Shown: positions 41,315 through 50,964 of the stretch, one piece after another
How positions within the stretch are numbered: position 1 is the stretch's first letter
Layout: every line of letters begins with the position of its first letter
Virus record (IMG/VR): IMGVR_UViG_3300030118_002460
Span: 1-64,000 of that record
Direction: 5' to 3' (one strand)
From: a virus
Length of the DNA stretch: 64,000 nt
Made by a program: the position numbers and the translations under genes
Notes under the pieces: model-generated
The model's database searches: none
Seen by the model: the letters and a program-made list of their open reading frames with translations, nothing else
Told to the model about the DNA's origin: nothing

Positions 41315-42991
41315 ATGGCGAAATTATTTGGTTTCTCAATTGAGAATAATGAAAAAGAATCCCCAGGGGTAGTATCTCCGGTCCCTCCTAATAATCAGGA
41401 TGGATCGGAGCATTACGTTTCCTCTGGGTTTTATGGTTCTTATGTGGATATTGAGGGTGTCTATAAAAATGAGAATGAATTAATCAGAAGATATAGATCA
41501 ATGGCACTCTATCCAGAGTGTGATAGTGCCATTGAAGATATTGTAAATGAAGCAATTGTTTCAGATACAAATGACAGTCCAGTAAGTGTTGAATTGTCTA
41601 ATCTGAAAGCAAGTGATGGCATCAAAAAAATCATTAGAGAAGAATTTAAATACATCCTTGAACTTCTTGATTTTGATGCAAAAGCACATGAGATTTTTAG
41701 GAATTGGTACATTGATGGGAGACTTTACTACAATAAAGTCATTGACCAAAAGAAACCACAAGAGGGTATTCAAGAACTGAGATATATTGATGCATCAAAG
41801 ATGCGTTATATTCGTCAGGTTAAAAAACCAAAAGAGAGGGGTGTGGCAATCAATAGGGATAATCCCTCCACATATGACTTCCCTGAAATTGAAGAATATT
41901 TCCTCTACAATCCAGGTGGATATCAGACAAATACCAATGGATATGGTACTGGTGCTACTGCATCTAATAAAGGAATCAGACTGACTCGTGATTCTGTTAC
42001 TTATTGCACCTCTGGATTGGTAGATAGAAACAAGGGATCAACACTTTCCTGGTTGCATAAAGCAATTAAACCACTCAATCAGTTGATGATGATTGAGGAT
42101 TCTCTTGTCATTTACAGACTTTCAAGAGCACCTGAAAGAAGAATTTTCTACATTGATGTTGGTAATCTGCCTAAGGTAAAAGCAGAACAATACCTTAGAG
42201 ATGTGATGATGCGTTATAGAAATAAGCAAGTCTATAATGCAGATACTGGTGAAGTCAGAGATAGCAACAAGCATATGAGTATGCTTGAAGATTTTTGGTT
42301 GCCTAGAAGAGAAGGTGGTAGAGGAACAGAAATTACCACACTTCCTGGTGGTCAAAACCTTGGTGAAATCACTGACATCAATTACTTCCAGAAGAAACTT
42401 TATAGAGCACTGAATGTTCCTGAAACTAGACTTCAAGGTGATACTGGTTTCTCAATGGGACGTTCTTCTGAAATCCTCAGAGATGAAATCAAGTTCTCCA
42501 AGTTTGTTGGAAGAATGAGAAAGAGATTCTCTCATATGTTCAATGATATGTTGAAGACTCAACTTATCTTGAAGAATGTGATTACTCCTGAAGATTGGGA
42601 GATCATGGAAGATCATATTCAGTATGACTTCCTTTATGATAATCACTTTGCAGAACTCAAAGAGGCAGAACTTCTTACAGAAAGAATCAACCTTGCAGCT
42701 CTGGTTGAACCTTATGTTGGTAAGTATTACTCTAATGATTATGTTAGAAGGAGAATCTTGCAACAGACTGATGCTGACATCATTGATCAGGACAAACTGA
42801 TTGAGAAGGAAATCAAGGATGGTGTGATTCCTGATCCAAATGCAATGCCAGTTGATCCACTGACTGGACAACCTGCTCCACCAGAAATGGGAGGAATTGC
42901 ACCAAATGGTAGTGGAAATTCTATCAATGGTGATGGTGGTAAAGTTCCAGTTACACCTGAAATCAAATCACCCACTGGTGGAGAGATCTAA
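41315..42991 (+). CDS. gp20: Portal vertex protein gp20
   Basis: IYRLSRAPERRIFYIDVGNLP, EDFWLPRREGGRGTEITTLPGG. Confidence 0.97.
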   Translation: MAKLFGFSIENNEKESPGVVSPVPPNNQDGSEHYVSSGFYGSYVDIEGVYKNENELIRRYRSMALYPECDSAIEDIVNEAIVSDTNDSPVSVELSNLKASDGIKKIIREEFKYILELLDFDAKAHEIFRNWYIDGRLYYNKVIDQKKPQEGIQELRYIDASKMRYIRQVKKPKERGVAINRDNPSTYDFPEIEEYFLYNPGGYQTNTNGYGTGATASNKGIRLTRDSVTYCTSGLVDRNKGSTLSWLHKAIKPLNQLMMIEDSLVIYRLSRAPERRIFYIDVGNLPKVKAEQYLRDVMMRYRNKQVYNADTGEVRDSNKHMSMLEDFWLPRREGGRGTEITTLPGGQNLGEITDINYFQKKLYRALNVPETRLQGDTGFSMGRSSEILRDEIKFSKFVGRMRKRFSHMFNDMLKTQLILKNVITPEDWEIMEDHIQYDFLYDNHFAELKEAELLTERINLAALVEPYVGKYYSNDYVRRRILQQTDADIIDQDKLIEKEIKDGVIPDPNAMPVDPLTGQPAPPEMGGIAPNGSGNSINGDGGKVPVTPEIKSPTGGEI

Positions 42992-43017
42992 ATAACAACG
43001 AAGTCATTTTATAGACC

Positions 43018-43230
43018 ATGGAAGAATTAATGGATTTGATGGTGAGTGATGAGTCTCCATCACAAATCAGTGATCAGATTAAAGATATCCTCTTTGCTAA
43101 AACAGCAGAAAAAATTGAAGCAATCAGACCCAATGTTTCTGCATCAATTTTTGATGAACCTGCTGAAGTAGAAGCAGAGGAGGAGGAGACTTTTGACACT
43201 GAACCAGAAGAGGAATCAGAGTCAGAATAA
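43018..43230 (+). CDS. Small acidic prohead core protein (gp67-like position)
   Basis: Acidic 70-aa ORF between gp20 and gp21; TAAATA at 42989. Confidence 0.6.
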   Translation: MEELMDLMVSDESPSQISDQIKDILFAKTAEKIEAIRPNVSASIFDEPAEVEAEEEETFDTEPEEESESE

Positions 43231-43240
43231 ATACTAAATA
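43228..43240 (+). promoter_or_regulatory. Tandem late promoter cores
   Basis: TAAATA at 43228 and 43235. Confidence 0.6.
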
Positions 43241-43268
43241 TCGTATAGAAACATTGTAATTTAAAATA

Positions 43269-43817
43269 ATGGCTGCGTTAAAACCAGTAGGAGTCAATCT
43301 CAATATCACAACCAGCGCCACTTCTGCTCAAAGTGCTGCTATTGCTCAACAGACTGATTCAGTCAGAATTGTAGCAGAAACTGCAGGGTGTCATGTTGCT
43401 ATTGGTACTAATCCAACTGCAACCACTGCTGATTTTTATGTGTCACCTACTGATGATGCAATTATTTCTCTTGGACCTGTTGGATCACAGAGAGTGGTTA
43501 ATGTAACTAAGGGTGCATCTACTGTCATTGATTTTCCTGAGGGCACAGGAAGTCCTTTTGCAGTTGGTGATGCTGTATCTCTTACAGTGCCAAATGCTAG
43601 CACATATGATTTTGAGCATAAGATTGTAACTGCTGTGGATTCTACATCAAATGTAGGAGGTTTTTATAATACCAGGATCACTGTTGACCATGATTCAAGT
43701 TCTGTAACTGCAGGATTTAATAATGCAGGTGCATCATTAAGAAGATCCATCAAAGTTGCAGTTAGAACTGTAAGTGCAGCTGGTAAAGCCTATGTCCAAC
43801 AAGTACAAGTATCCTGA
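43269..43817 (+). CDS. Conserved hypothetical virion protein
   Basis: 182-aa beta-rich ORF in the head cluster. Confidence 0.7.
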   Translation: MAALKPVGVNLNITTSATSAQSAAIAQQTDSVRIVAETAGCHVAIGTNPTATTADFYVSPTDDAIISLGPVGSQRVVNVTKGASTVIDFPEGTGSPFAVGDAVSLTVPNASTYDFEHKIVTAVDSTSNVGGFYNTRITVDHDSSSVTAGFNNAGASLRRSIKVAVRTVSAAGKAYVQQVQVS

Positions 43818-43825
43818 GAAGACCA

Positions 43826-44476
43826 ATGAAACTCATCAGAGAAGAAATCGAGCAAGTTGATTTTATCGTTGAAGAGAGAAACGGTAAAAAGAATATGTTC
43901 ATTGAGGGTATCTTCCTTCAAGGAAATATCCAGAACAGAAATGGACGTATGTATCCTATGGAAACCTTGAGAAAGGAAGTCCTGAGATATAATGAAAACC
44001 ATGTTCAATCAGGAAGAGCACTTGGAGAACTGGGACACCCAGATGGCCCAACTGTTAATCTTGATCGCGTCAGTCACAAGATTGTTTCTCTCAAAGAGAA
44101 TGGCACCAATTTTATTGGTAAAGCAAAGATCTTGGGCACTCCAATGGGCAAGATTGCAGAATCTCTCATCAGTGAAGGAGTCAAGTTGGGTGTTTCTTCT
44201 AGAGGTATTGGATCCCTCAAACAAACAAGAGAGGGAGTAAATATTGTAGGGGAAGACTTTATGCTTTCCACAGCAGCAGATATTGTTGCTGATCCATCTG
44301 CACCTGATGCTTTTGTTGAAGGTATTATGGAAGGTAAAAATTGGGTGTGGGATGGTGGCATCCTTAGAGAACAGAAAGCTGCTAAGACTTACAAGACTAT
44401 CAATACTCTTGTAGATCAAGGTCAACTTGATGAGCAGAAAGCAAAACTGTTCAGTGATTTCTTGAACAATCTTTGA
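43826..44476 (+). CDS. gp21: Prohead protease gp21
   Basis: NRNGRMYP, ALGELGHP, LGVSSRGIGS, DIVADPSAPDA. Confidence 0.96.
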   Translation: MKLIREEIEQVDFIVEERNGKKNMFIEGIFLQGNIQNRNGRMYPMETLRKEVLRYNENHVQSGRALGELGHPDGPTVNLDRVSHKIVSLKENGTNFIGKAKILGTPMGKIAESLISEGVKLGVSSRGIGSLKQTREGVNIVGEDFMLSTAADIVADPSAPDAFVEGIMEGKNWVWDGGILREQKAAKTYKTINTLVDQGQLDEQKAKLFSDFLNNL

Positions 44477-44497
44477 TTGTAACAGAAATATCTAAAT

Positions 44498-44509
44498 TAT
44501 AAATAAATA
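44498..44509 (+). promoter_or_regulatory. T4 late promoter
   Basis: TATAAATA with an overlapping second TAAATA, upstream of gp22. Confidence 0.8.
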
Positions 44510-44542
44510 TAGATTATACATAGGTAATCGGAGTTAGTTCAA

Positions 44543-45625
44543 ATGTCTCGTGGAGATTTACAAGAAATGGAGCAATCTAAAACTGCTGTGAACGCGAACG
44601 CTAAACCTGCTGAGTCCATGCCTAAAATGGCAGACCCAGGTACGCAATTGGGTTCAGTAGAAGATCTTGGGGGTCCTACTCCTGAGAACTACAAGCCAGA
44701 TGATGATTCAGCAAAACTAAGAGAACCCAAGATCAAAACCGTTAAGGATGTGGTCAATAAGGGTGCCAAGGCAGCAGATCCAATGAAAGGAATGAAGGAA
44801 GAGGAAGAAGTTTCTTCTGACGAAGAAGTCCTTGAAGAGGATCAAGTAACTGATGAAGATCAGGAAATTGTTGCTGAGGAAGAAGTTGCTGAGGTTGACA
44901 TTGAAGAAGATGTCAATGCTCTCCTTGGTGGTGAAGAACTCTCCGAGGAATTTAGAGAAAAGGCAAAGGTTATCTTTGAAGCTGCTCTGAACTCCAAAAT
45001 TAAAGAAATCCAGGAAACTCTGGAAGAACAATATGCAGTAGCACTGCAAGAAGAAAAAGAAGGTCTTAAGGAAGCTCTTACTGAAAGAGTTGATGCTTAT
45101 CTTGAGTATGTCTGCGAAGAGTGGATGACTGAAAATGAGCTTGCTGTTGAAGCAGGTCTTAAGACTGAAATGACTGAATCATTCCTTTCTGGAATGAAGG
45201 GTCTTTTTGAAGAACATTATGTAACAATCCCTGAAGAGAAATATGATGTACTCGAAAGCATGGTAGAAAAACTTGATGAAATGGAGACCAAGCTCAATGA
45301 GCAAATTGATAAGAACATTGGTCTGAATAAGAGACTCGCTGAGTCCACTGCAGTATCAGTTCTTGATCAAGTCTCTGAAGGTCTTGCACAGACCCAGAAA
45401 GAGAAGCTCGCCTCACTTGCTGAAAGTGTAGAGTTTGAAAGTGAAGAAGAATATCGTGAGAAACTGGAAACTCTGAAGGAGTCATACTTCTCCAGAACAC
45501 CAGCTGCTAAAGCATCTACCTCTGCTACTCAAACCCTTTCTGAGGGTGTAGACAGCACAACCGCTCCTGTTTCACAGGGGATGGAGTCATACATGAGAGC
45601 ACTGGGTGCTTTCAAGCAAAATTGA
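44543..45625 (+). CDS. gp22: Prohead core scaffolding protein gp22
   Basis: Acidic coiled coil; VDAYLEYVCEEWMTEN, KLETLKESYF. Confidence 0.92.
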   Translation: MSRGDLQEMEQSKTAVNANAKPAESMPKMADPGTQLGSVEDLGGPTPENYKPDDDSAKLREPKIKTVKDVVNKGAKAADPMKGMKEEEEVSSDEEVLEEDQVTDEDQEIVAEEEVAEVDIEEDVNALLGGEELSEEFREKAKVIFEAALNSKIKEIQETLEEQYAVALQEEKEGLKEALTERVDAYLEYVCEEWMTENELAVEAGLKTEMTESFLSGMKGLFEEHYVTIPEEKYDVLESMVEKLDEMETKLNEQIDKNIGLNKRLAESTAVSVLDQVSEGLAQTQKEKLASLAESVEFESEEEYREKLETLKESYFSRTPAAKASTSATQTLSEGVDSTTAPVSQGMESYMRALGAFKQN

Positions 45626-45674
45626 ATTTTATACAATTCAAACCAAACACAATCTAATTAATAGGTAAAAGCAA

Positions 45675-47093
45675 ATGTTCCAATCAGAACAATTGCAGGA
45701 AAAGTGGGCACCTCTTCTGGACTATGAAGGTCTTGATTCAATCAAAGACAATCACAGAAGAGCTGTAACCGCAGTCCTGCTGGAAAACCAAGAGAAATTC
45801 CTCAGAGAGGAATCCGCATTCAATTCAGGTATCAACCTGATGGAAGCACCTACCAACTCAGCTGGCTCTAACCCTGCTGGTTTCTCTGGTAGTGCAACTG
45901 AAACTGGCCCTGTTGCTGGTTTTGATCCAGTCCTGATCTCTCTGATCAGACGCTCTATGCCTAACCTGGTTGCTTATGACCTGGCAGGTGTTCAGCCAAT
46001 GTCTGGTCCTACTGGACTGATCTTTGCAATGCGCTCCAGATACACCAATCAGAGTGGCGATGAGACCTTCTACAATGAAGTTGATTCCGCATTCTCTGGT
46101 CAGGATGCTGGATTTGACCTCACTGGTGGCATGTCTGATGTTGCTGCTGGTATGGGTACTACTGCCCAGTCTGGTGTTAACCCTGCAGTTCTGAACCCAG
46201 TTGGTTCTGCATCCTCCACTGGCTACACAGTTGGTCAGGGCATGCAAACTGGTGATGCAGAAAACCTTGATGGTACTGCTGGTAATGCCTTCAATCAGAT
46301 GGCATTCTCCATTGAGAAAGTCACTGTTACTGCCAAGTCCAGAGCACTGAAAGCAGAGTACAGTCTTGAACTGGCTCAAGACCTGAAAGCAATTCATGGT
46401 CTGAATGCTGAAGCAGAACTTGCTAACATTCTCTCCACTGAGATCCTTGCTGAGATCAACAGAGAAGTTATCAGAACCATCTATAAGGTTGCTGAGCAAG
46501 GTGCTGTTTCTAACACTGCTACTGCTGGTACATTCGACCTGGATGTAGACTCCAATGGTAGATGGTCTGTTGAGAAGTTCAAAGGACTTCTGTTCCAGAT
46601 TGAAAGAGATGCAAACGCAATTGCACAAAGAACACGTAGAGGGAAGGGCAACATTGTCATGTGCTCTGCAGACGTTGCTTCTGCACTGACCATGGCTGGT
46701 ATCCTGGATTATACTCCTGCCCTGAATGCAAACCTGAATGTTGATGACACTGGCAACACCTTTGCTGGCACCATCAATGGTAAGTTCAGAGTTTACATTG
46801 ACCCATATTCTGCAAACCTGACCCCAACCAACACTGCTGGTGGTAACCAGTACTATGTTGTAGGTTATAAGGGTACTTCCCCTTATGATGCAGGTCTCTT
46901 CTACTGCCCATATGTACCTCTGCAGATGGTACGTGCAGTTGGTGAGAACAGCTTCCAGCCAAAAATTGGCTTCAAGACCAGATATGGTATTGTTGCTAAC
47001 CCCTTCGCAGAAGGAACCAACCAAGGCATGGGAAGACTGGGTGTCAACCAAAACCGTTACTACAGAAGAGTTGCTGTTAAGAACCTTATGTGA
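45675..47093 (+). CDS. gp23: Major capsid protein gp23
   Basis: GVQPMSGPTGLIFAMR, KSRALKAEYSLELAQDLKAIHG, YCPYVPL, GFKTRYG. Confidence 0.98.
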   Translation: MFQSEQLQEKWAPLLDYEGLDSIKDNHRRAVTAVLLENQEKFLREESAFNSGINLMEAPTNSAGSNPAGFSGSATETGPVAGFDPVLISLIRRSMPNLVAYDLAGVQPMSGPTGLIFAMRSRYTNQSGDETFYNEVDSAFSGQDAGFDLTGGMSDVAAGMGTTAQSGVNPAVLNPVGSASSTGYTVGQGMQTGDAENLDGTAGNAFNQMAFSIEKVTVTAKSRALKAEYSLELAQDLKAIHGLNAEAELANILSTEILAEINREVIRTIYKVAEQGAVSNTATAGTFDLDVDSNGRWSVEKFKGLLFQIERDANAIAQRTRRGKGNIVMCSADVASALTMAGILDYTPALNANLNVDDTGNTFAGTINGKFRVYIDPYSANLTPTNTAGGNQYYVVGYKGTSPYDAGLFYCPYVPLQMVRAVGENSFQPKIGFKTRYGIVANPFAEGTNQGMGRLGVNQNRYYRRVAVKNLM

Positions 47094-47119
47094 TTCTTAC
47101 ACACTTCTGTGTTATACTG

Positions 47120-47146
47120 GGAGGTCCCAAGGGACCTCCTTTTTTT
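47120..47146 (+). terminator. Rho-independent terminator after gp23
   Basis: GGAGGTCCC-AA-GGGACCTCC followed by T7. Confidence 0.92.
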
Positions 47147-47157
47147 ATACCTTTTAC

Positions 47158-47163
47158 TAAATA
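47158..47163 (+). promoter_or_regulatory. T4-type late promoter core
   Basis: ACTAAATA upstream of gp3. Confidence 0.6.
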
Positions 47164-47187
47164 ATCAAATAGTCCATCTACATTGGT

Positions 47188-47820
47188 ATGGCAGCAGGTA
47201 ATCCAAATTTAAAACCATCAGCAACTGCAGCACAAGTAAGAACAAGAAACCCTACCAGAACAATTGGTGGAGTAGTAACAAGGGAGCAGATTGAAAATAG
47301 AAACTACCTGCAACCACAGGGGTTTAAATTTAATATATCAAGAGCACCCAATGTTGCTTACTTTGGAAATGCAGTCAATATTCCTTCAATGGAATTAAGG
47401 ACAACAATGCAACCAAATTATTTGAAGGAGATTCCCCAACCAGGTGAGATCATTGATTTTGAAGATCTTTCTCTTAGATTCTTGGTTGATGAGGATCTTG
47501 CAAACTATATGGAGATTCAAAATTGGATCAGAGGTTTAGGATTCCCTGAGTCTTTGGAGCAAATTTATAAACTTCAAGAGCAAACAGTTGGTGTACCCAA
47601 TCCTGATCTTCAGGTTGGAATGAATATCTATTCAGATGCCACACTGACTATCATGAACAATATGAATCAACCAAACTTTAAGGTTGTATTTGAAGACATA
47701 TTCCCATATTCCTTGAGCACTCTTGAATTTGATGCTACACTACCTGATGTACAGTACTTCACAGCTGAGGTCAGATTTAAGTACACTATATACCATATTC
47801 GTGATATTGGTTGTTGCTAA
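47188..47820 (+). CDS. gp3: Tail completion/tube terminator gp3
   Basis: NYLQPQGFKF, FLVDEDLANYMEIQNWI, YSDATL; synteny gp23-gp3-uvsY. Confidence 0.88.
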   Translation: MAAGNPNLKPSATAAQVRTRNPTRTIGGVVTREQIENRNYLQPQGFKFNISRAPNVAYFGNAVNIPSMELRTTMQPNYLKEIPQPGEIIDFEDLSLRFLVDEDLANYMEIQNWIRGLGFPESLEQIYKLQEQTVGVPNPDLQVGMNIYSDATLTIMNNMNQPNFKVVFEDIFPYSLSTLEFDATLPDVQYFTAEVRFKYTIYHIRDIGCC

Positions 47821-48254
47821 TGATTGACTTGGATACAATCCAAAAAATGTGGAGAGAGGATGCTCAGATTGATCCTGATAACTTACATACAGAATCATTA
47901 AAAATTCCTATTCTCCATTCAAAATATTATGAACTTTACAATAACATTCTCTTGCTAAGGAAGAAATCTGAGCAGCAGAGAAAAAATATTAGACATGAAA
48001 GATATGAATACTTTTCAGGAAAAGCAGATCCTGATGTCTATATTCAAAACCCATTCCCTAAGAAGATAAGAGATAAAGATACTATGCAAAAGTATCTTGA
48101 TGCTGATGAAAAACTCTCAAGTGCATCTCTGAAAATTGAATACTATGATACTATGCTTAAGTTTCTAGAAGAGATTCTTAAACAAATCACTAATAGAACA
48201 TATCAGATTAAAAATGCAATAGAGTACATGAGATTCTCCTCTGGCTTAGGATAA
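47820..48254 (+). CDS. uvsY: Recombination mediator UvsY
   Basis: IPILHSKY, YLDADE, RTYQIKNAIEYMRFSSG; ATG 47820 overlaps gp3 stop. Confidence 0.88.
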   Translation: MIDLDTIQKMWREDAQIDPDNLHTESLKIPILHSKYYELYNNILLLRKKSEQQRKNIRHERYEYFSGKADPDVYIQNPFPKKIRDKDTMQKYLDADEKLSSASLKIEYYDTMLKFLEEILKQITNRTYQIKNAIEYMRFSSGLG

Positions 48255-48266
48255 CCCACCTCTAAA

Positions 48267-48458
48267 ATGGAAAAAGAACCAGATTACACAGTGTTCATGC
48301 AGATAGAAGATGTTCATCTGCTACATCACTGCGTCACAGAAACAATAGAAAAATGGCCAGGTTCACCTGCTAGACCAGCAGAAGAGCAAGAACACCTTTG
48401 GCAGGTAAGGGACTGGTTATACAGAATGATATTAGAGCATAGATTTAATAACTCATAA
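48267..48458 (+). CDS. Hypothetical protein (63 aa)
   Basis: WPGSPARPAEEQEHL; fills the uvsY-uvsW gap. Confidence 0.65.
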   Translation: MEKEPDYTVFMQIEDVHLLHHCVTETIEKWPGSPARPAEEQEHLWQVRDWLYRMILEHRFNNS

Positions 48459-48466
48459 TTGAGCAC

Positions 48467-48472
48467 TAAATA
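48467..48472 (+). promoter_or_regulatory. T4-type late promoter core
   Basis: TAAATA upstream of uvsW (a late gene in T4). Confidence 0.6.
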
Positions 48473-48492
48473 TCACCAGGTAGGATTATATT

Positions 48493-49956
48493 ATGTCTAA
48501 TCTGGTGATACAGAAGGTAAACGAAGTTTACCTGAAGATTACAACTGAACCTCATGTAGAATATGAACTGAGAGATAGATTCACCTTTGAGGTCCCTAAC
48601 AAGAAGTTCATGCCACAGTACAGAAGTAAGTACTGGGATGGATATGTGCATCTATTCAATATGAAGACCAAGAGAATCTATGTGGGTCTCTTGGATAAAG
48701 TTGTTGCGTTCTGTGAGAATGCAGGATACTCATATCAGTTTGAACCTAATAAGTTCTATGGTCTCCCCTTTGAAGTCAATGAAATGATTTCAGAAGAGGG
48801 AGTGAAAGACTTTATGGCGTCTATCACTCACTTACAACCCAGAGACTATCAGATTGAAGCAGTGCATGATGCATTGAGATACAATAGAAAATTACTCATC
48901 TCACCTACTGCATCAGGTAAGTCATTTATGATTTACACTATTGTGAGATACTTTGTAAATGCAGGAAAGAAGATTCTTCTTGTAGTTCCCACAACATCTC
49001 TTGTAGAACAGATGTTTAAGGACTTTCAGGATTATGGATGGGCAGCAGAGAACCACTGCCATAGAATCTATGCAGGTAGAGAAAGAGTCAATACTAGTGA
49101 AGTAACTATCACCACTTGGCAATCTGTCTACCAGTTAGATAGAACCTTCTTTGAGGAGTATGATGTGGTGATTGGTGATGAGGCGCACCTTTTTAAGAGT
49201 AAGTCTCTCATTGGTATTATGGATAAGTTACATCATGCAAAATATAGATATGGATTCACAGGTACACTAGATGGCACACAGACCCATAAGTGGGTGTTAG
49301 AAGGTCTCTTTGGACCCTCTTATAGGGTTACTCAGACAAAGAAGTTAATTGATGAAGGACACCTTGCCACTCTTGATATTCAATGTCTGGTATTGAAGTA
49401 CAAACCAAGAAAGTTTGACACATATGAGGATGAGATTCAGTTCTTGATTAATAATGAAAAGAGAAACAAATTCATCACAAATCTCGCTAATGATCTGAAA
49501 GGAAACACTCTAATTCTATACAGCAGAGTAGAAGCACATGGTGCTGTGCTTTTTGATATGCTAAATACAAAAGTTAAGGAAGGCAGAAAAGTCTTCTTTA
49601 TTCATGGTGGTGTAGATGCTGAAGATAGAGAACAAGTAAGAGCAATTACAGAAACAGAAAGCGATGCAATCATTGTTGCATCTTATGGAACATTCAGCAC
49701 TGGCATCAACATCAAAAACCTTCACAATGTAATATTTGCCTCTCCATCAAAGTCTAGGATTCGTAATCTGCAGTCTATTGGTAGAGTCCTAAGAAAAGGC
49801 AAAAACAAGGTCAAAGCAAAACTATATGATATTGCTGATGACTTAACTATTGGGTCAAGAAAAAACTATACACTGAATCATTTTATTGAAAGAGTGAAGA
49901 TCTATGTCCAAGAACAATTCAACTATGACATCATATCAGTCAACATAAAAGATTAG
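48493..49956 (+). CDS. uvsW: SF2 DNA helicase UvsW
   Basis: PRDYQ, SPTASGKS, DEAH, TGT, LQSIGRVLR. Confidence 0.95.
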   Translation: MSNLVIQKVNEVYLKITTEPHVEYELRDRFTFEVPNKKFMPQYRSKYWDGYVHLFNMKTKRIYVGLLDKVVAFCENAGYSYQFEPNKFYGLPFEVNEMISEEGVKDFMASITHLQPRDYQIEAVHDALRYNRKLLISPTASGKSFMIYTIVRYFVNAGKKILLVVPTTSLVEQMFKDFQDYGWAAENHCHRIYAGRERVNTSEVTITTWQSVYQLDRTFFEEYDVVIGDEAHLFKSKSLIGIMDKLHHAKYRYGFTGTLDGTQTHKWVLEGLFGPSYRVTQTKKLIDEGHLATLDIQCLVLKYKPRKFDTYEDEIQFLINNEKRNKFITNLANDLKGNTLILYSRVEAHGAVLFDMLNTKVKEGRKVFFIHGGVDAEDREQVRAITETESDAIIVASYGTFSTGINIKNLHNVIFASPSKSRIRNLQSIGRVLRKGKNKVKAKLYDIADDLTIGSRKNYTLNHFIERVKIYVQEQFNYDIISVNIKD

Positions 49957-49965
49957 AAAAGGAGG

Positions 49966-50358
49966 ATGTGCATGATAGAGGATGACTTTTATTGCACTAT
50001 CAAGTTTAAATGTGGTGATGAGGTCTTTGCTAAGGTAGCAGCCTCAGAGGAAGATGATAGAACTATGCTTCTGATATCTAACCCTATTACAGTAGAGGAG
50101 GTTTCAATCAGAGGACAAGTAACTGGTTATAAATTTGAACCTTGGTTAAAGACTACCAAGGAAGATATGTTTATTGTTAATCTTGAAGATGTCCTTACTA
50201 TGTCTGAATCAGAGGACATAGAGATGATTTTGTACTATCAAGAATATGTACGTAAATCTAACAAGACTAATCATTCTAAATTAGATAGGAAGATGGGATA
50301 TCTCTCATCTGTTAATGATGCCAAAGAGGTTCTAGAAAAGCTTTACGAATCTAGCTAG
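49966..50358 (+). CDS. Conserved hypothetical protein (possible Sm-like fold)
   Basis: AGGAGG RBS; IKFKCGDEVFA...NPI...PW pattern; lies between uvsW and gp55. Confidence 0.65.
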   Translation: MCMIEDDFYCTIKFKCGDEVFAKVAASEEDDRTMLLISNPITVEEVSIRGQVTGYKFEPWLKTTKEDMFIVNLEDVLTMSESEDIEMILYYQEYVRKSNKTNHSKLDRKMGYLSSVNDAKEVLEKLYESS

Positions 50359-50407
50359 AACTTATCTTTCATCCTGGACAAACCTAGTCTACATCCATTT
50401 CACTAGG

Positions 50408-50436
50408 TTGTCAACTATCTTTCTATCTGTTATAAT
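50408..50436 (+). promoter_or_regulatory. Sigma70-type promoter for gp55
   Basis: TTGTCA, 17 bp spacer, TGtTATAAT (extended -10). Confidence 0.75.
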
Positions 50437-50457
50437 ATCAACAGATAAAGTAACATT

Positions 50458-50964
50458 ATGGGTTTCTCTAATCAATACACAGTCATGGCAAGACCAAAAA
50501 AGTCAGAGCATTATGTAAACAACAAAGAGTTTCTTGCTGCTTTGGAAGCCTATGCTGCTGATGTAGAAAGAGCAAAACTCAATGATGAACCTAAACCACA
50601 GATCCCTAGGTATGTTGGTGAGTGTTTCTTGAAGATTGCCAATCACTTATCATACAAACCAAACTTTGTGAACTATATGTTCAAAGATGATATGATCTGT
50701 GATGGTATTGAAAATTGTGTAAGATATATCCATAACTTTAACCCAGAGAAATCCAAGAACCCCTTTGCTTACTTCACTCAAATCATTTACTATGCATTCC
50801 TAAGAAGGATCTCACAAGAGAAGAAGCAACTAGAAATCAAGAACAAGATCCTAGAAAGAACAGATTTTGATGAGGTCTTTGATGCAAATGACCTTGACAG
50901 TGGAAACTACTCAGATTACAATAGCATCAAAGATGCTGTACACAGCAAACTGCGCTATCAATGA
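50458..50964 (+). CDS. gp55: Late-transcription sigma factor gp55
   Basis: HYVNNKEF, DMICDGIENC, NPFAYFTQIIYYAFLRRI. Confidence 0.95.
   Translation: MGFSNQYTVMARPKKSEHYVNNKEFLAALEAYAADVERAKLNDEPKPQIPRYVGECFLKIANHLSYKPNFVNYMFKDDMICDGIENCVRYIHNFNPEKSKNPFAYFTQIIYYAFLRRISQEKKQLEIKNKILERTDFDEVFDANDLDSGNYSDYNSIKDAVHSKLRYQ

Noticed and set aside
45858-47051. 397-aa antisense ORF inside gp23
   Set aside because: Mirror-frame ORF expected when the sense gene avoids TTA/CTA/TCA codons; no recognisable motifs or RBS.
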